From Yuukianura sp. NJ FZ-2021 (taxonomy: Eukaryota), in assembly GCA_046563655.1 (NCBI GenBank), contig CM102286.1:5022001-5086000 (forward strand): 64,000 nt of DNA. The letters run 5' to 3'. Made by a program: the position numbers and the translations under genes. The notes below the pieces were generated by a model. The model saw nothing but the letters and a program-made list of their open reading frames with translations. It was not told where the DNA came from and did not search any database. Numbering within the stretch: the stretch's first letter is position 1; the number at the start of each line of letters is the position of its first letter. Of the stretch, positions 38,301 to 51,900 are shown piece by piece.

Positions 38301-41289
38301 TAGAAATGCTGAGGCACAGAGTTACAAATATAAAGTTTCGGTACATTTTGTAAGCACTCCGAGGCAATTTTACTTTGAACTTGGAACTTAAGAAACTACG
38401 TTTTTATAAGTTAGCTTTAATTTAATGTGTCAGAAAACTTGCAATATGTTGACTTGAGGTTACTGAATTAGCAAATACTGAATGCAAAACCGCGCAACAA
38501 GGACGCATAAATTGTTTAACGAGTCAAAAATCCATCTGCTGCCGTAAAAAAATTGAACATAAGATAATGGCTATGATATAATTAATTCAGCCCTTTCCAC
38601 CAATTGTCAATTTTTGCTTCTGCTTGTCAAATTTTTGGAATAATATTCAATTGTTTAAATTTTTCCAAATTTTGTATACTTTGGAAGGATCTGAGCTAGG
38701 AAAAATGGTTAGGATAGGTTACAATTTCATATATTATTTCTGTTTTCCAAACAAATACTGTTGATGTATTTAAGTTTCGGGGCAGCTACTATCTTTATGT
38801 TGCTGTAAATAATTTGCAAATAGTTTTCTATGTACTATTGTAATTTCCCAGGCACGGTTTTATACATTTTGGGACAGTTTGTTGCTGGTGACTTTCTGGT
38901 TAAAATTGATGATAGAAAATGGCGATTTGACGAAAGTTTCAAACTGAGAAAGTTTTTGAAGTTATTTGATTTGAAATGCTTGCGAGCATTTCTTGTCGTT
39001 GGTTGAATCCTAATCATTAGTAGTACAGTAAAGATGCAGGTAGTGACTGTGATTGACACTATTATGTCTTGGAAGACATGCGTGGAAGTGGACTCCTGCA
39101 GCAGCAAGTGGACTTTCGATTAGGACCCTAACCGCGACAATTTGAAAGTTTGCAAAATTTAAAAATTGGAAGCGTACACATTCTGTAGTAGCGTAGACAC
39201 AATGAGCATCCTCCTCCGCATATTGATGAACTCGATGCAATAATGTTTCTATATAAATCATGAATGAGGGTCACTAGGTATCCCCCTTTCAAAGAATTGC
39301 AAAGTACTGTTCAAAATTTGCAAACAACTGAACATTTTTTGAAATCATGGCTAACCCTGAATTTTTTGTTTCAGAGCAACTGCATTTCCAAAATCGAAAC
39401 TTCCATTTTAATCAAAGGCGGACAACCGAATCTAATCACCATGGACTACGTCATTGATGTGTCAAATGCTGGTGCTGAATACGAATCTTTGGCGCTGGAT
39501 GGTCACAAGTGAGTACACAAGATATAGTGGTTTTGTGCGCAGATTCACTTCTACGCATCATTTTGTTTCTACTTGCTAGAAAAACGTTAGTTTTTTTTTT
39601 TACTAAATTATGCTAACATTGACCTGAAAAAATATTCTGTTCACTACTAAGCGTTGGCGTCGATTTGCTTTGTACATGGAAAAGGCGTGCAAATTTAAAT
39701 ACAGTGTAGATGACACCAGCAATAATCTGGTGCTGCCTTCCTTGTTTTGTGATTCACTCGATTCATTCATAAATTGACAACTCCCAACACTCTTCACAGT
39801 TTTGAACATAGTGAACTAGCAGTACGAATCATTTGTCATTTTTTTTGTTAGGTCAACACATAACCTAAAAGTCAAAGTTAGGTTAAGCAGGAAGAGTCTC
39901 TTTTGTTATACTGGCAACCTAATTTTATCTGATCAGCCCAAATGACCTCCTTGCCAAAACATTTCCCAACAACACCTCCACCTACACACAGCATCTTTTC
40001 GATTTCCGTCTAATTTGGAGAGATGACTTTGTTTTTTATTGGAAATCCAACTCTGCTGACACCCATTTCCATCTCTGTTCAATTGAACGCATTGTTTTTT
40101 AAAATATTCAAAAATCAAGATCAAATCCAATTGTTCAAGGATTTGGAATTGGGATGTCCAATTTAGTTGTGTGTTGAAGGATGACCTAACCTTCGTGCGT
40201 GTCCATCCAAAACGCAGTCCACTCCCTTCCAAATAATTACTATTATCAAGCATCTCTCTTAACCCTGTGTGGCTTTGCTTAACTAACCATTAGCACATTA
40301 AAATCAGAGACCAATTGATCTTACGTCCCTTCTAATCTTCCAAATGCTTTAAAAATGAATGGCATCTCTTCTACTTAACTTCATCAACTTCCAATGAGGA
40401 ACTTTCAATTTCAAATTCTTCTGCTAACTTTAACCTTCTGTGGTCATGGAGGAACGCAAAAAGCATTCCTCACTTTTAATAGATGCGTTTTAAAAAATCA
40501 AGGTGGAAAAATCATCATCTCTAACTTTAGAAATTTTGACGGGATGATGATTCCACTTAGCACGACTTTACACTCTTAATTGATTAGCGCTACAGAAGTT
40601 ATCTCGAGGTGTCCAGAGTGGACAGGGACTCAAATTTTAAAATTTTAAAACAATTCAATTTCAAAAGAATTCCACACATTACCAACATCCCAAAATGGGA
40701 CTAGTGGGTTGGTTTTAAAAATTGAAATCAAATCCATTTATTTTGACTTGTAAAGTTTTTTGAAATTAGAATTTCAACTTAAAATTGTGTCACTTAACGG
40801 AGGTGGGAAGGTTCATGACCGCTGAATTAGCATTGGTTGACACATTGTGAACACTCTACAAAATGCTTTTAAAGCCACTTGTACCACCCACACGTCATGT
40901 CTCGTTTCTCAACAGTTTGGTGGAGCTTTGGTTAGAACGATGATTTCACCAAGACTTAATTTCTGAACTGTATAAAATGAGTAAAGTGGTTTAGAGAACA
41001 CAAGGAAGCGCCAGGTCGTCGCCATACAACTTTTTCTTGAATTGGGAATGACGAAGAAGATGCTTTTGTTTTAGCATCTCTTTTTTGCAATGTTATAAAA
41101 ATTACCTTGTTTTTATTTTTCAGCCGATTTCGCCTGAGCTATTACCCACATCGGCTTGACTCATTCACAACCCTGTTGAAGGAAGCCTTTGACTTCAAGT
41201 GCAAGCATACGTTGTACGGAGATTTCAAGCCGTTTGGAGAAATTGAAAATCCAGGTTTCTACATCCACGTACTAGAGAAGCTTCAATAA
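35344..41289 (+). CDS. GNMT: Glycine N-methyltransferase
   Basis: Exons 35344-35549, 35683-35810, 36386-36548, 36700-36823, 39375-39508, 41124-41289. Motifs: [94 protein letters not shown]. Confidence 0.97.
37214..37219 (-). promoter_or_regulatory. Polyadenylation signal of the nested DUF4185 gene
   Basis: AATAAA on the minus strand, about 30 nt after the stop codon at 37249. Confidence 0.6.
37249..38346 (-). CDS. Secreted DUF4185 / GH183-family (endo-D-arabinanase-like) protein; intronless, nested antisense in GNMT intron 4 (candidate horizontal transfer)
   Basis: Single 365-codon ORF from ATG 38346. Signal peptide [24 protein letters not shown]4185-type motifs [59 protein letters not shown] and YHVSQY. 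Confidence 0.88.
   Translation of the reverse strand: MYRNFIFVTLCLSISIPTFEAQFVIPAARWKKRVTGGDLDTARRWEVAGTDLGIPYVLENLSIGYLFGDTFSSAWPEEGRGWRSPVLLRSNSHPGSQDGIIWQNAAKVAGDGFAPQIMHNGLRGPDHEGRFEVTVIPNDGISFPETGRQIVSYMSIEVWYDNESGPNRSGWKSRYAGLAYSDNGNDFFRTNLKWENNGQNSDPFQMWTMQRDGDWVYIFSVRAGRQVGPMMLQRVNWNRLFYPGEYQCWGYAGGNWAWGNPCTPILSGRFGEPSVRKLSDGTWVMVYLNVDIGCIVSRKATGPDRVWSEEKVQVTAWQESALYGGFIHPWSTSKRNDLHMMVSTWKRNPQGQSTAYHVSQYVGSV
38402..38408 (-). promoter_or_regulatory. TATA box of the nested DUF4185 gene
   Basis: TATAAAA on the minus strand, about 55 nt upstream of ATG 38346. Confidence 0.6.
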
Positions 41290-43994
41290 TTCTGAAAATG
41301 AAGATGAGTCAGACTACTTTACTTTAGTTTTCATTCAGACACTCGGCACCAAATAGATCTTTATCATCCCCTACTCTGAACTTCCTCTTCTTCTGAAATG
41401 TCAAAGATCAATTTATAATGAGCAAACCTGCACCCACTCCCTTACTACCTTCATCTTCATTCATTCCACCCTCACTTGTAGTTTTTTCAGTTGAGGTTAG
41501 AAGTGAATCTTGGAAGAACAATGTCACTAGACAGCTACCTGAATTTACGTGGCCTCATGCTCTTTACAACTTCTTGAAAATCTACTTTTCTCTGATTACA
41601 TGAGTTCATTTGTTAGTAAAAAGTGCGTTTAGAACTTAAATCTGATTCATCACCCTGATTACCTATTTTCAGAAGCAAAAAGAGTTCGAGTTAAGTGGCT
41701 CTTGTTGACATCATAGTCGTAAATATAAGCACACGTCCATGAAGTTCAATAAAAATCAAGGCCTAAGTAAATGAATGAAAATCTATTAAATAAAGTTGTA
41801 CCTCTTGAGTGCAGATTGTAATCAATCTTGTTTTGTAATTTGAACTTAATTGATTCTTCTTCACTTTGACGTTTTATTATGCACAAGCGTCCACAAACAG
41901 AAGACTTTTTTTAAACAAAAAGTTTTATCTGAATCTATAAAAAAAGTTGTTCTTAATTTTCCTTATTTAGTTTAGCTCAAATATTTTTAAGTCGACTTTT
42001 TTAAACATATCGTACTGCCGCTAAAATCCTTTCGCAAGAAAGCTTTCGAAAATTTATGAGGTTTTTGTTTTCGAAAACATTTTTGAACACCGTGGTTTCA
42101 TGGAATTCCAGGGCCAAAATGTCGAAAATTGATTCCAGAACACACGAACTTTAGCCATGAAAAAAATATCAAGTTTACTTCTTGTGATTTTTTGCTCTTT
42201 TAGGGTGAAAGTTCGGTTTTCAGGTAAGGACGCTTTTTGCAATGTCAAACCAGTTTCCCAGCAGCGCACTATTATTATTGAGCTTAGTTTGCAAGATTTG
42301 TTACCTCACTGACAGTTTAGTTCATCATTCCTGTGACCCTGTGGCTATAAAATTGACAGCATTTCAAAATTTTGGAGCCAAGGAAGCAATGGAAAGTAAC
42401 TATCCCGTTCCCCAATTCACAATGAACAGAAGATGAAGATTTTTAAAGGATTAGGGTCTTCATACTCAAATCTCATCCCCAATCGTCATCCCCCTCTATT
42501 CTGGTACCTCTGTGAAGTCACCACGGACACTTCAGGAACAATGGTTGAGTAACCGAAAAAAATATGAAGTTATACAAAGAGGTCACTGCATATACAGCGT
42601 ATATACAGCAAAGGTCAATGTATGGTGTATTTAAGGTCTTCACTAATTTCTTTAAAGGTACTCACTCATCGGCGGAACTAATTTTTGTAGATTTTCAAAT
42701 TTGAAATACTTTGTTCAAAAGTAGGTCACTTGGGTTTGACTTTTTTTTGAAAATTTTTAGTTTTTAGTCATGTTTATTTTAGTTCGGCGGAAGTGCTGAA
42801 GGACGACGCTTTTGAGAGATGGTTTATTATATCGAAATGGATATACATAACGAAAGTCAGAGTCCGCGGTTTGCGTCCAGTGTCCACTTTTATTTGAAGT
42901 TGTTACCTCTCCCCCTGTGAACGTTCCTACCTGTTGCCTAATGTTAATCTTATGGTTAAGAAGTCCTTTCCTAAGTCTGTGATCTTAAAAGATGCTGCGG
43001 AAAAGTATCGAAGCCCTTCAGTAACTCTACAGAATTCAATCCGACGAGATACACTGAATCTCTCCAAAAAGTCTAATCCCTTAACCCCCTCAGGAACAAT
43101 AGGACTAACAAGACGCTCAAAATAATAATTACACACCTCCACACAATCCATTTCCAATTTGTACAAAACATTCCGTCAGTCAGGCAAACCCAATCACAGT
43201 CCACGCACGCAACAACTTAACGCTAACAATCTTACATCAAACATATCGATCCGCAAATTAAAAAAATTCAAATAGCAAAGTTTCAAAACTCCAAATTTCA
43301 AAATTTGTAACAATAATTGTGGTGCTACAGGCTTTAAAACGGCAATTCAACTACCTTTCAAGTGCGAAAAACCTCAAGCGTCCAAAACTAGAGAAACTTT
43401 TGAAACGTACATTTTATGTACATTAACTACAACCAACTATTGTGAATCATATCAATTGTCATTTCTTCTACATTGATCAGTGTTCGTCGTGAGGACTCCA
43501 GCAATTGACCAAAGTGTTGTTCGTTCGGTGCTCTGCATTTTGACATCTCGTCATGAACTCTTTGAACACAACGAAAATCCTACATGTCATCTTCTCAAGT
43601 CGGCCCAGAAACCCTTGACTCTCTTGTGTGACTTCGTGACTAAAAATTGCAAAGGCAAGTCATTCTTGAGTCGAAGTCAAAGCAATCGTGTGATATTGTC
43701 ACTTTTTTTTTATCAACTTTTATTCGAGTTCGAAATAATATTCAAAAAGTCTACCTTGCAATATCACTCTATTATGACTCACTTTGGAAAACTGATCTTC
43801 GGAGATTGCAAAAACTGAGCTTTTCAGACTTAAGTTGACCTTTCACCACACAAGAAGACGCCCCGAGGAACAAAAATCTGCACTGTGGCAGAAATTTATC
43901 AACAGTCGGCGTTTATTTTTGATTCTGCAAACTCGTGCTCCACGCGTGCAGTTACTGTATTGATTTTTGCAAATCAGTAAAAAAAAAAATTTCC

Positions 43995-44001
43995 TATAAA
44001 A
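43995..44001 (+). promoter_or_regulatory. Candidate TATA box of the bHLH gene
   Basis: TATAAAA about 50 nt upstream of ATG 44045. Confidence 0.45.
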
Positions 44002-44044
44002 GTTCAAGCTCCGTGTCTTTTCTCGATTTTTTGTACTTTTGGTA

Positions 44045-45181
44045 ATGGCGTCCTCCGAACTTGGTCCTTTGATTCCTCTGGATCAAAACAACAACGGTGG
44101 CACTGGGATCAAGAAAATGGGCAAAAACTACGAAAAGTACTCTCTGCGCCCGCGTTCAATTCAAAAAAGAATCGAAACTGAAAAGCGGGCTAAAGAGCCT
44201 AAGAAAGTTCCAAAACCAAAATTGAAAGCTCCGCCGCTGAGTAAATATCGACGGAAAACAGCCAATGCTCGTGAGCGAAGTCGAATGCAAGAGATTAATA
44301 CTGCTTTCGATTCACTTCAGCGGATCGTTCCACAGTATCCTGTGCTTCCAGTAAATGCTCAAGGGAAAACATGTGAAAAGTTGACTAAAATTACAACGCT
44401 GAGACTCGCGATGGATTATATTTCTGCACTGAATAAATTACTAACCTCTGGAACTGGCTCCAGCAGCAGCTCCAGCACTAGCAGTAGCAGTTCCTTCCAG
44501 AATTTCACTTTGGATCCTGTCATGGTAGCAGACGATGATCATTTTAGCTCGAGTCCTGGCTGTTCTTCTGCTTCTTCCGAATTTTCTCCAGGTTCTTCTT
44601 CCAGCATCTACAGCTTGTCACCGCTGCCACTGCCTCCACCGCCCTCAGTCGTCCCAATGACATCTCCTGGTCCAGAATGCTTACAAACTGTAATGAGATC
44701 TGTCGTTCTACCGCCGCAAACCAGAAGAAACGGAAATAACTTCCAATCCCAGCTTCAATTCCAGCCAAACTCAGCCGTTCCGTTCCTATCGTCAGCTTCA
44801 TCTTACTTTCCATCGCTCTTGTCATCATCTTCTCCTTCGACGTCTCCAGGACCCTACGCTATGAATCTGCCGACGTGTATCAAGGTAAATCAACCGATAG
44901 TCCAGTCAATGTCAACCTTCCTGACCAAAGGGCCCGGGACGTCAGGAACCAGAACAGGGTCCCTTAGCTCCTTAACGGAGAGTGACTTGAGTGAGTACAC
45001 TAGTGACTTGCTGTCTGATGAAGGGTCGGATGACCCAATGTTTGAAGATATCATTGGAGTTGACAGTGGAATTGACGGTGACACGATGGACGACCTGGAT
45101 CATCTTATTCTCGAATCTAATGTTGACAGGTTACATTTCAGCTCGGACATCGCCCAAGGTTTTAGTCACTCAGTAGCATAA
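44045..45181 (+). CDS. tx: bHLH transcription factor, delilah/taxi type (atonal superfamily), intronless
   Basis: EKYSLRPR upstream motif. [34 protein letters not shown]...[19 protein letters not shown] matches the Delilah bHLH signature. Ser/Pro-rich and acidic C-terminus. Confidence 0.88.
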   Translation: MASSELGPLIPLDQNNNGGTGIKKMGKNYEKYSLRPRSIQKRIETEKRAKEPKKVPKPKLKAPPLSKYRRKTANARERSRMQEINTAFDSLQRIVPQYPVLPVNAQGKTCEKLTKITTLRLAMDYISALNKLLTSGTGSSSSSSTSSSSSFQNFTLDPVMVADDDHFSSSPGCSSASSEFSPGSSSSIYSLSPLPLPPPPSVVPMTSPGPECLQTVMRSVVLPPQTRRNGNNFQSQLQFQPNSAVPFLSSASSYFPSLLSSSSPSTSPGPYAMNLPTCIKVNQPIVQSMSTFLTKGPGTSGTRTGSLSSLTESDLSEYTSDLLSDEGSDDPMFEDIIGVDSGIDGDTMDDLDHLILESNVDRLHFSSDIAQGFSHSVA

Positions 45182-45951
45182 ATCAAAATGATTTTTTAGA
45201 AAAAAAAAGTTTAGTAGGATTATAAAATTTCGTTTTTTGTGAAATATTTTCTTTGAAATCATTTAGGTTTTTGTGCAATTTTGGAAATTGAAAACGTATA
45301 CGGTGAGGTTGTAAAACTTTTTCCTTGGATTTTATTTTAATGAAACGCTAAAAAATTACGTAGATGAGTACAAAAATGTAAAAATTTTGTCAATGTTGTT
45401 TTGCGTGGGTGCGTTTAAACTTATGAATGAAATGCGACAACCCGAATTTGGTAAAGTCTGCTTTATGTCGAAAGTCCGAATGCAAATACTGTCCATTAAG
45501 AACGCCGGGAACCAAAGCCTAATATAGCAAAACTAGAAAATTTAAAATCTTTGTAACTCTAAAATTCATAGAGGGCAACAAGTGAGAAAACATTTGCATA
45601 CGAAAATGTTTTAGCCTTTTAGTCTTTTCTCTACACTCCCTGCCTTGATGCAATAATTAGTTGGATTTAGTACTTTATAGTAGTCTCAAGATCCAAGGCC
45701 TATAAGTTAGAATGCAGAAGATTTGTCAGATTTTGAAGGTGTTTCCTTTGTAAAATTACAGAGAAGATAATGGTTAAGATGGGTGGAGAAAAGGAACTCA
45801 TTTACTCGCAAACTTGATTCGGACTCGCCTTCATAGCAATTCTTGGTTGTTCCTTGGAAATTCTTGTCCAACACGCGCGAGTCTTTTCAAAAAAAATTAA
45901 ACTGTCGTTTTCCAACCGGAAAGTCAGGTTGGATCAAAGACTTTCCAAGCA

Positions 45952-45986
45952 AGCGACTATAAAATCTAAAAATTTTTATAGTCGCT
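45952..45986. repeat. Perfect 13-bp-stem hairpin downstream of the bHLH gene
   Basis: agcgactataaaa-tctaaaaat-ttttatagtcgct. Confidence 0.8.
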
Positions 45987-48900
45987 GACAATTGGAGCGC
46001 TCGACTATCAAACTCGTAAAAGGAACAATCATGATTTTTGCTTTAGACGGAGTTTGAATACCATTTAGTTAAAGTAATTTATATATTTTAAAAGTTAATA
46101 TTTAGATAATTGTCCATTTAAAATGGAAACATATCAATTTTGCCAAATTGTTATGTAGAACCAATGCCTATAATTAGAAAATACGAATCCTATTGTTTGA
46201 TTTCGAAAATTTAGTCACAGGGCGTTGCGAAATTTTTATTGTATTGCAATTTTTCTATTCTTTTACTTTACCGCTATAATTTTCAAAGCGAAGATCATAT
46301 CTGCATACAGCACCACTGCAATTAGGTTATTCCAAACATTCTCTCAAAGTTTCCAAAAAGTATTTTTGCTATATTAAGGTCTTTGTACATTTAAATATGT
46401 TAATGTTAGGTTAGGCTAATTGAATCTCTCTGTACTTTGGAAGTTGTATGAAAATGTTACTCATTATGTTAAGGTAGCCGGTAGGATTTAGTTTATGAAA
46501 AAAAGTGAATTCTCGTGTGCCAGTGTGAAACAAACAAAAACTTGTTTTACCAATTGTAAATAAAACTAATAAGTTAAGTACAGTGTTTATCTATTTGGAA
46601 AATGGGATGGGGTCATTGAAAATGTTAAGTTTACGTAAGTTTAGAGGAACCTAAGCAAGCATTCCTCCTAAGCAGATTCAAAAGAGCCTCTGTACTTAAG
46701 GAACCCTTAATTTAGGGCATCTGTCCATTGTTGAAGATGGGCCCTCCTCCAGGAAATCCAACTTATATCATATTACTCTAAGGACTTTGGGTTAAGTTAA
46801 GGTAAGAAGCTGGGCGGAATGAGATTTATGAAAAATAAAGCATTCTTTGAAGAAGTCCACAAAATAAAACCATGAATTACGTCTTTTGTAATTGAATCTA
46901 AGCCTGTGTTTTGGCTTCTCATTTCCATAATTCCCGAGTGGAACAATACTACCTAGAAAGCACTGCTCACATTTACAATTTTCATTTTATGAGGCGGGTT
47001 CATCCTCCCTACGCGCATCTTTCTATTGTTGTGCTTCATCGAAGAATTGCAAGTAATGATGTACGGACGCTTGGACAAAATCATTGTCAATTTGTGACTT
47101 GTCATTGGAAGTAACGTAAGATATCATGAGAAAGCCTACTCCATTGCGTAGCTTGTAAAGTTGTCGCAAGAATCAAATTTGAACGGCAAAAAATTCAAGT
47201 ATTTCTACGAAGTTTTTTAAAAAAAATTCGAATTGTAAATTTAACTTTTTTGAAAAGTTTATTAAAAATGTGGTACGTTTTCCTTTTAATGAAAAATTTT
47301 CTCTGGTGCCTTTGGGACATTCAATTTTTGAAACAAGTGTTGGGTGTTGTTCTGCTTTTCAATTAAAGAATTCTTTTGAAAGACTTGACTTGACATCTTT
47401 TTCTTGTCTTGGAATCTCGTCTTTGAAGTCACTTAAGATCCCCTTGTTAGACACTGAATTCTGGCTGCGGTTGGTCCTTAAGTGTTGATGTTTACTTAAC
47501 ACTTTTTTCGTCACTTGCACTTCCATTGACAGATAGTTGCTCAAGAGATAATGAATAAAAAATTAATTTTTTGTACAATGGACTAAATATGACTGCGTGA
47601 ATGAAAATAATGTCATCATATTAAAAGGAAAATAACACAGAATTATTAACCAAAATAATTTTGAATTAATTAAGCTAAATTTTAGGCAATAAACGCAACT
47701 AAATGTTTTAATTTGCAACATTTCTAAAGGATTTATTTTTTTAAAAATACGAGTAAAAGTCTGAAAAAATAAGCGATAGCAGAGACAGCGAAAGAAAAAA
47801 TTCGCCTCGAGTTAGAGTTGGAACCGAAATAATAAATTTTGGGGAGTACGGTGACTGTAACTGCGTATTTTGTAAAGTTTTGGATTTAATTTACGAATAG
47901 CTGTGTAAAGTTGCATGCGCGTTATATAATGTATTGATTCTCTATTGCGCACTATATATTGCTTCAAATTTTCTTAAACTAGCTGCACGCGTCTGTTCGC
48001 CGCCATTTAGGGTTAAGACCTCCGGAAAGCTTTTAGCTTTTTATTGCTGAAAAGGATAGTTTTAGCACAAGCTATTGAATATTTTCGCAAGAGCAAAGTT
48101 AAAGTTCAAACAGAAGATGCATTTCTAATCCGGAAAATGAAAGTTGTTTCTCATTTGATGCTGTTGATGTTAAAGCATGAACGGAGGGTGGCAGCTTCTT
48201 GCACGATTCTCCGCCCTTCAGGGATGAATCTCCCGTTGGCATCTTTGCAAATTAAACTTCCTTGCACCCTGATCCTCCATCCACTCGAAATTTAGTAGAA
48301 AACATTTGAATATCTACGAAAAGGCGGCGACCTCTTCAAGTTTTTTCACCCTCTCCCGTGAAAATTGGTTGGTGCTAGACTGAGAAGAGGTAAATGATCC
48401 ACACGTTGAGACTAATATTCACCTTGACACTTCGTTCGTAATTACTTTATTATATCCAAAGATCCGTGGATCTCCATAAGACGTTCGTTTAATCACGATT
48501 ACTGCTATTATGGATACAAAGTTCAAAGCCGCACAGGACTTTCGGCTTGATTATGATAAAAGCTCATCGCACCCTTTCGCCCATTGTTGCTTGGCCATAT
48601 CCTATTATTACATTGTACGAAGATGCTATTACCACCCATTTGAGCACCCAAGTCAGTGTGTGTGGCGGTGAACTTATCATCATATATGTCACAACATTAC
48701 AATGGAATAGGCAGTCGGCAGATTACACCTCAGCCCTAAGAATCGGAGGAATGCCCTTCATTAAATACACATAAATCAATTTGGACAGTTTGGAATTATG
48801 GTTATCAAGAATCATTTCTGATGCTATAAAAAGCAAAAGCAAAAGTATTCACCATTTTACACCACATTTGTATGACTGCATCACAAATGAAGAAATTTCC

Positions 48901-51900
48901 ATGAAAAGATACATAACAAATTCCTAGCGTATAGAAAAAATACTGAAAGAAAATTTCTTTTTATATATATAATATATTTTGTTTGTAGCTAATTTTTAAT
49001 ATCAAAAGTTTTACAAACTTTACACTAAAAAGTTAGCTTGAACGGACAAAATAAACAATTTGGATTAAAATAATCCGAAAAGGTATGATTTTTTTTAAAG
49101 TGAAATTTTGTTTTTTAGAAATCCAAAAGCGGCTCAATCTTCGACTTGACACTGGAAATGCTTAGAATTGCAAACGTATTTGAAGTGGGCGATGGTGGAA
49201 GGAGCTTAACGTGGTAAAAGTGTTGAGGTGCCGTGTGGTATTTGACGATCAGTTGCAGCGTCTTTCCATTCATAAAATACTTGAAACTGATTGGGTGTAT
49301 GTACTGGATCGGATGCTGTGACGTTTCCTGAATTTTCTTTTTCAATTCCGCCTTGATTTCTTGTAGTTTTTCTTTGAGTGTTCCAGAAAGCAATTGTTCT
49401 CTGGATCCATTTTTCTGGCGGCACTTTGTCAATAAAATAAAATTGAAATTAAAAATACTTAAAAAATTATATGAGATAGCTCAAACTTTTCTTACCGATT
49501 GTGCCGTGTACATCCTCCAAAACAGAAAATTTGTAGCCGTTGTTGTAGTTTTTGTGTTACGCTTCATTTCAAAGACTGATCTGATCTGAACTTTTATTCG
49601 ATAATCACTAGCTAGTAAACTGGAGCATGGAAAAATTGTTGTTGAAATACCCATATTTTCAGAGGAAATGACGTCCAGTCTTGCGTTGGGTCATGATCAC
49701 ACTTCCTTGCAATAAATATTCTACTATGAAAACAAATGCTTTGCGGTTTTTGGTTAGTTCATTGAATGTCGACAGACGTCGGTACGCCCTACATTCTTGT
49801 CATTCATTTTTGCAAACGTTTTTACCTCAATATTTAACTTCTTGTTAAAATATTTCCTAAATGGAGCGTGTTGCAAACACTTTCTGTGTTAGCTTTCGGA
49901 CACCTCAAAGTCAAAAACTGAAAGTGTGAAGAAAATGTCCTTTGCGGTGACGACCAAATTAAGTAATTATAGCAAATGTCCAAACTGGGTTAGGTAAACA
50001 AAGTTTCAAATGAAGCCGCTTGCGCACTACGCTCTGTGTTATTTATTTTTAAAATTCCAGCAAAGTTCAAAAAAATTTGGTTAATTTCAAGGTAAAAACT
50101 TTTCCACTCCAAAAGTGACACATTATACAAATTCATTTATCAGGTTTTGCAATTTGATGATTGCAAAATTTAAAATGAAGATTGACTACTCGCAAGTGCT
50201 AGTTCAACAAATCAAAAAGTACAAAGAAAAGACATCAACCTGCGGTTTTGCGAAACCAATCAACAATACGACAGCTTTCAAGTAATATTTTTTTAAATTA
50301 GAAATAAATCACAGAATCACATGCACCCACCCCTGGGCGAGACGAAGATGACATAATAGTTTTGTGGTGGCACAGGAATTGTTGTAAAGTGGACATGACA
50401 CCTTGACCACCACATTTGGAGGTAGAGGTGACAACGTGACGCGTAAATGACTCAAATTTATTGGCCTGTTAGTCTGGGCCTTTTCATATCATAGGCAGAG
50501 TCACTAAAAGAACCAGAAATAACAAGAAAACTAGATCCCGGTTGTAAATTTGGACGACGTAGGCGATAAGACAATTGAGCAAGTTTTTTAAACAAATCTT
50601 CTGCATCCGCATCATCCCTTAGAACATATTTTTTGTAAATAAGCTTGAAAGTTTAAATTTCATCACATAACTACATCCCTCGTCCCCTTGGGTTATCCTG
50701 TATGTTACCAGTAAGAGTAATGCACAACTCATGTCTAATTTTTTAGTTCATATGACACTAATTTCTAAACGAGGAACAAAGTATTATTTTACGTGGAAGG
50801 CATCCAGAGGCACAAGATATGCTAAGGGACGCTTCGGATCGTAGGGGAACACCTCTGTAGGATGAGGAAGACAAATGATTTTATAAGTCACTTGGTACCC
50901 TTAGGAATTCCTAAAATCAGATACGTAAGATTCCTATTGCAGATCGTGTTCAGGTTGATTTTCAAAATTCTAAAAAAAGAAACCATGCAGAGCTACATGA
51001 CTTTTGGACAAAAAGGATTCACTAAAGTAAAAATCATGTACTAAATATATTGGTGTGTACGTCATTCAACACTGCAACATTTATGTTTTCTATTCTTCAT
51101 TTTTAAAAAATGACAATTTTGAGATATAAAACAGAAAAAAAAATCTTTTTTTTTTTGAAAAGAATAAGAAAAATTGTCTCCCTTTTCATTTTTTAAAGTT
51201 GTTTTTAGAACTATTTCCAACAAAAAAAAACACAACTCCTACAGTTTCTGTTATTGAAAAACTTATCAATATGTTAACGACAATGGAAATAACTTGTGCG
51301 TAGTTATTACATGTTGTACCTAGAAAATTTTGAATTTCGGTCACCGCTGGAGAACATTTCGACGTCGACTTTCAGTGCGCACGCGTCCTATGATATATTG
51401 ACTTTGAAATTGCAATTACAAAGGAACAGACTGGAGTCAAAGGAAGCGCCTGCGTGGGCCTCTCTAATCACTTGGTAAACATCTTCCATCAGTAAATATT
51501 TGATACAAATTCTAGATTAATAGTTGTACAGATCAAATCAAACTCAACTTCTTCGCATTCATTTTCCATAAACTTTCTACATCTCCAACGGACACACCCG
51601 AGACCATGAGCGAAGGGCTCCCGCATGCCTCGAAGTCCTCCCGAATCTTGAGGTCATCTTTCTATACCAGGAACTCTGTGACCCTGAGGAGCCCAGTTTC
51701 AAAATGTATGGAGTTCCAACTGCACTTTAAAGCAGTTCCTTATGGCTGGTGCTGGCGCAGTTAGTTGGACTAATAGGGACCGGAGTGGAATGTTTGTCGG
51801 ACTTCCTGGAGTGATCATTACTGCCTCTTATGTCGTAAGCTTTTGATCCACTTTGAATTTATGGAACATTCCACTTGGGTTCTTTTGAGCTGGGATTGTT

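Noticed and set aside
37249..38367. DUF4185 ORF as bacterial contamination, or with a TTG start at 38367
   Set aside because: It is flanked on both sides by in-phase GNMT exons and has eukaryotic TATA and poly(A) signals. ATG 38346 directly begins the signal peptide. Read-level confirmation is still needed.
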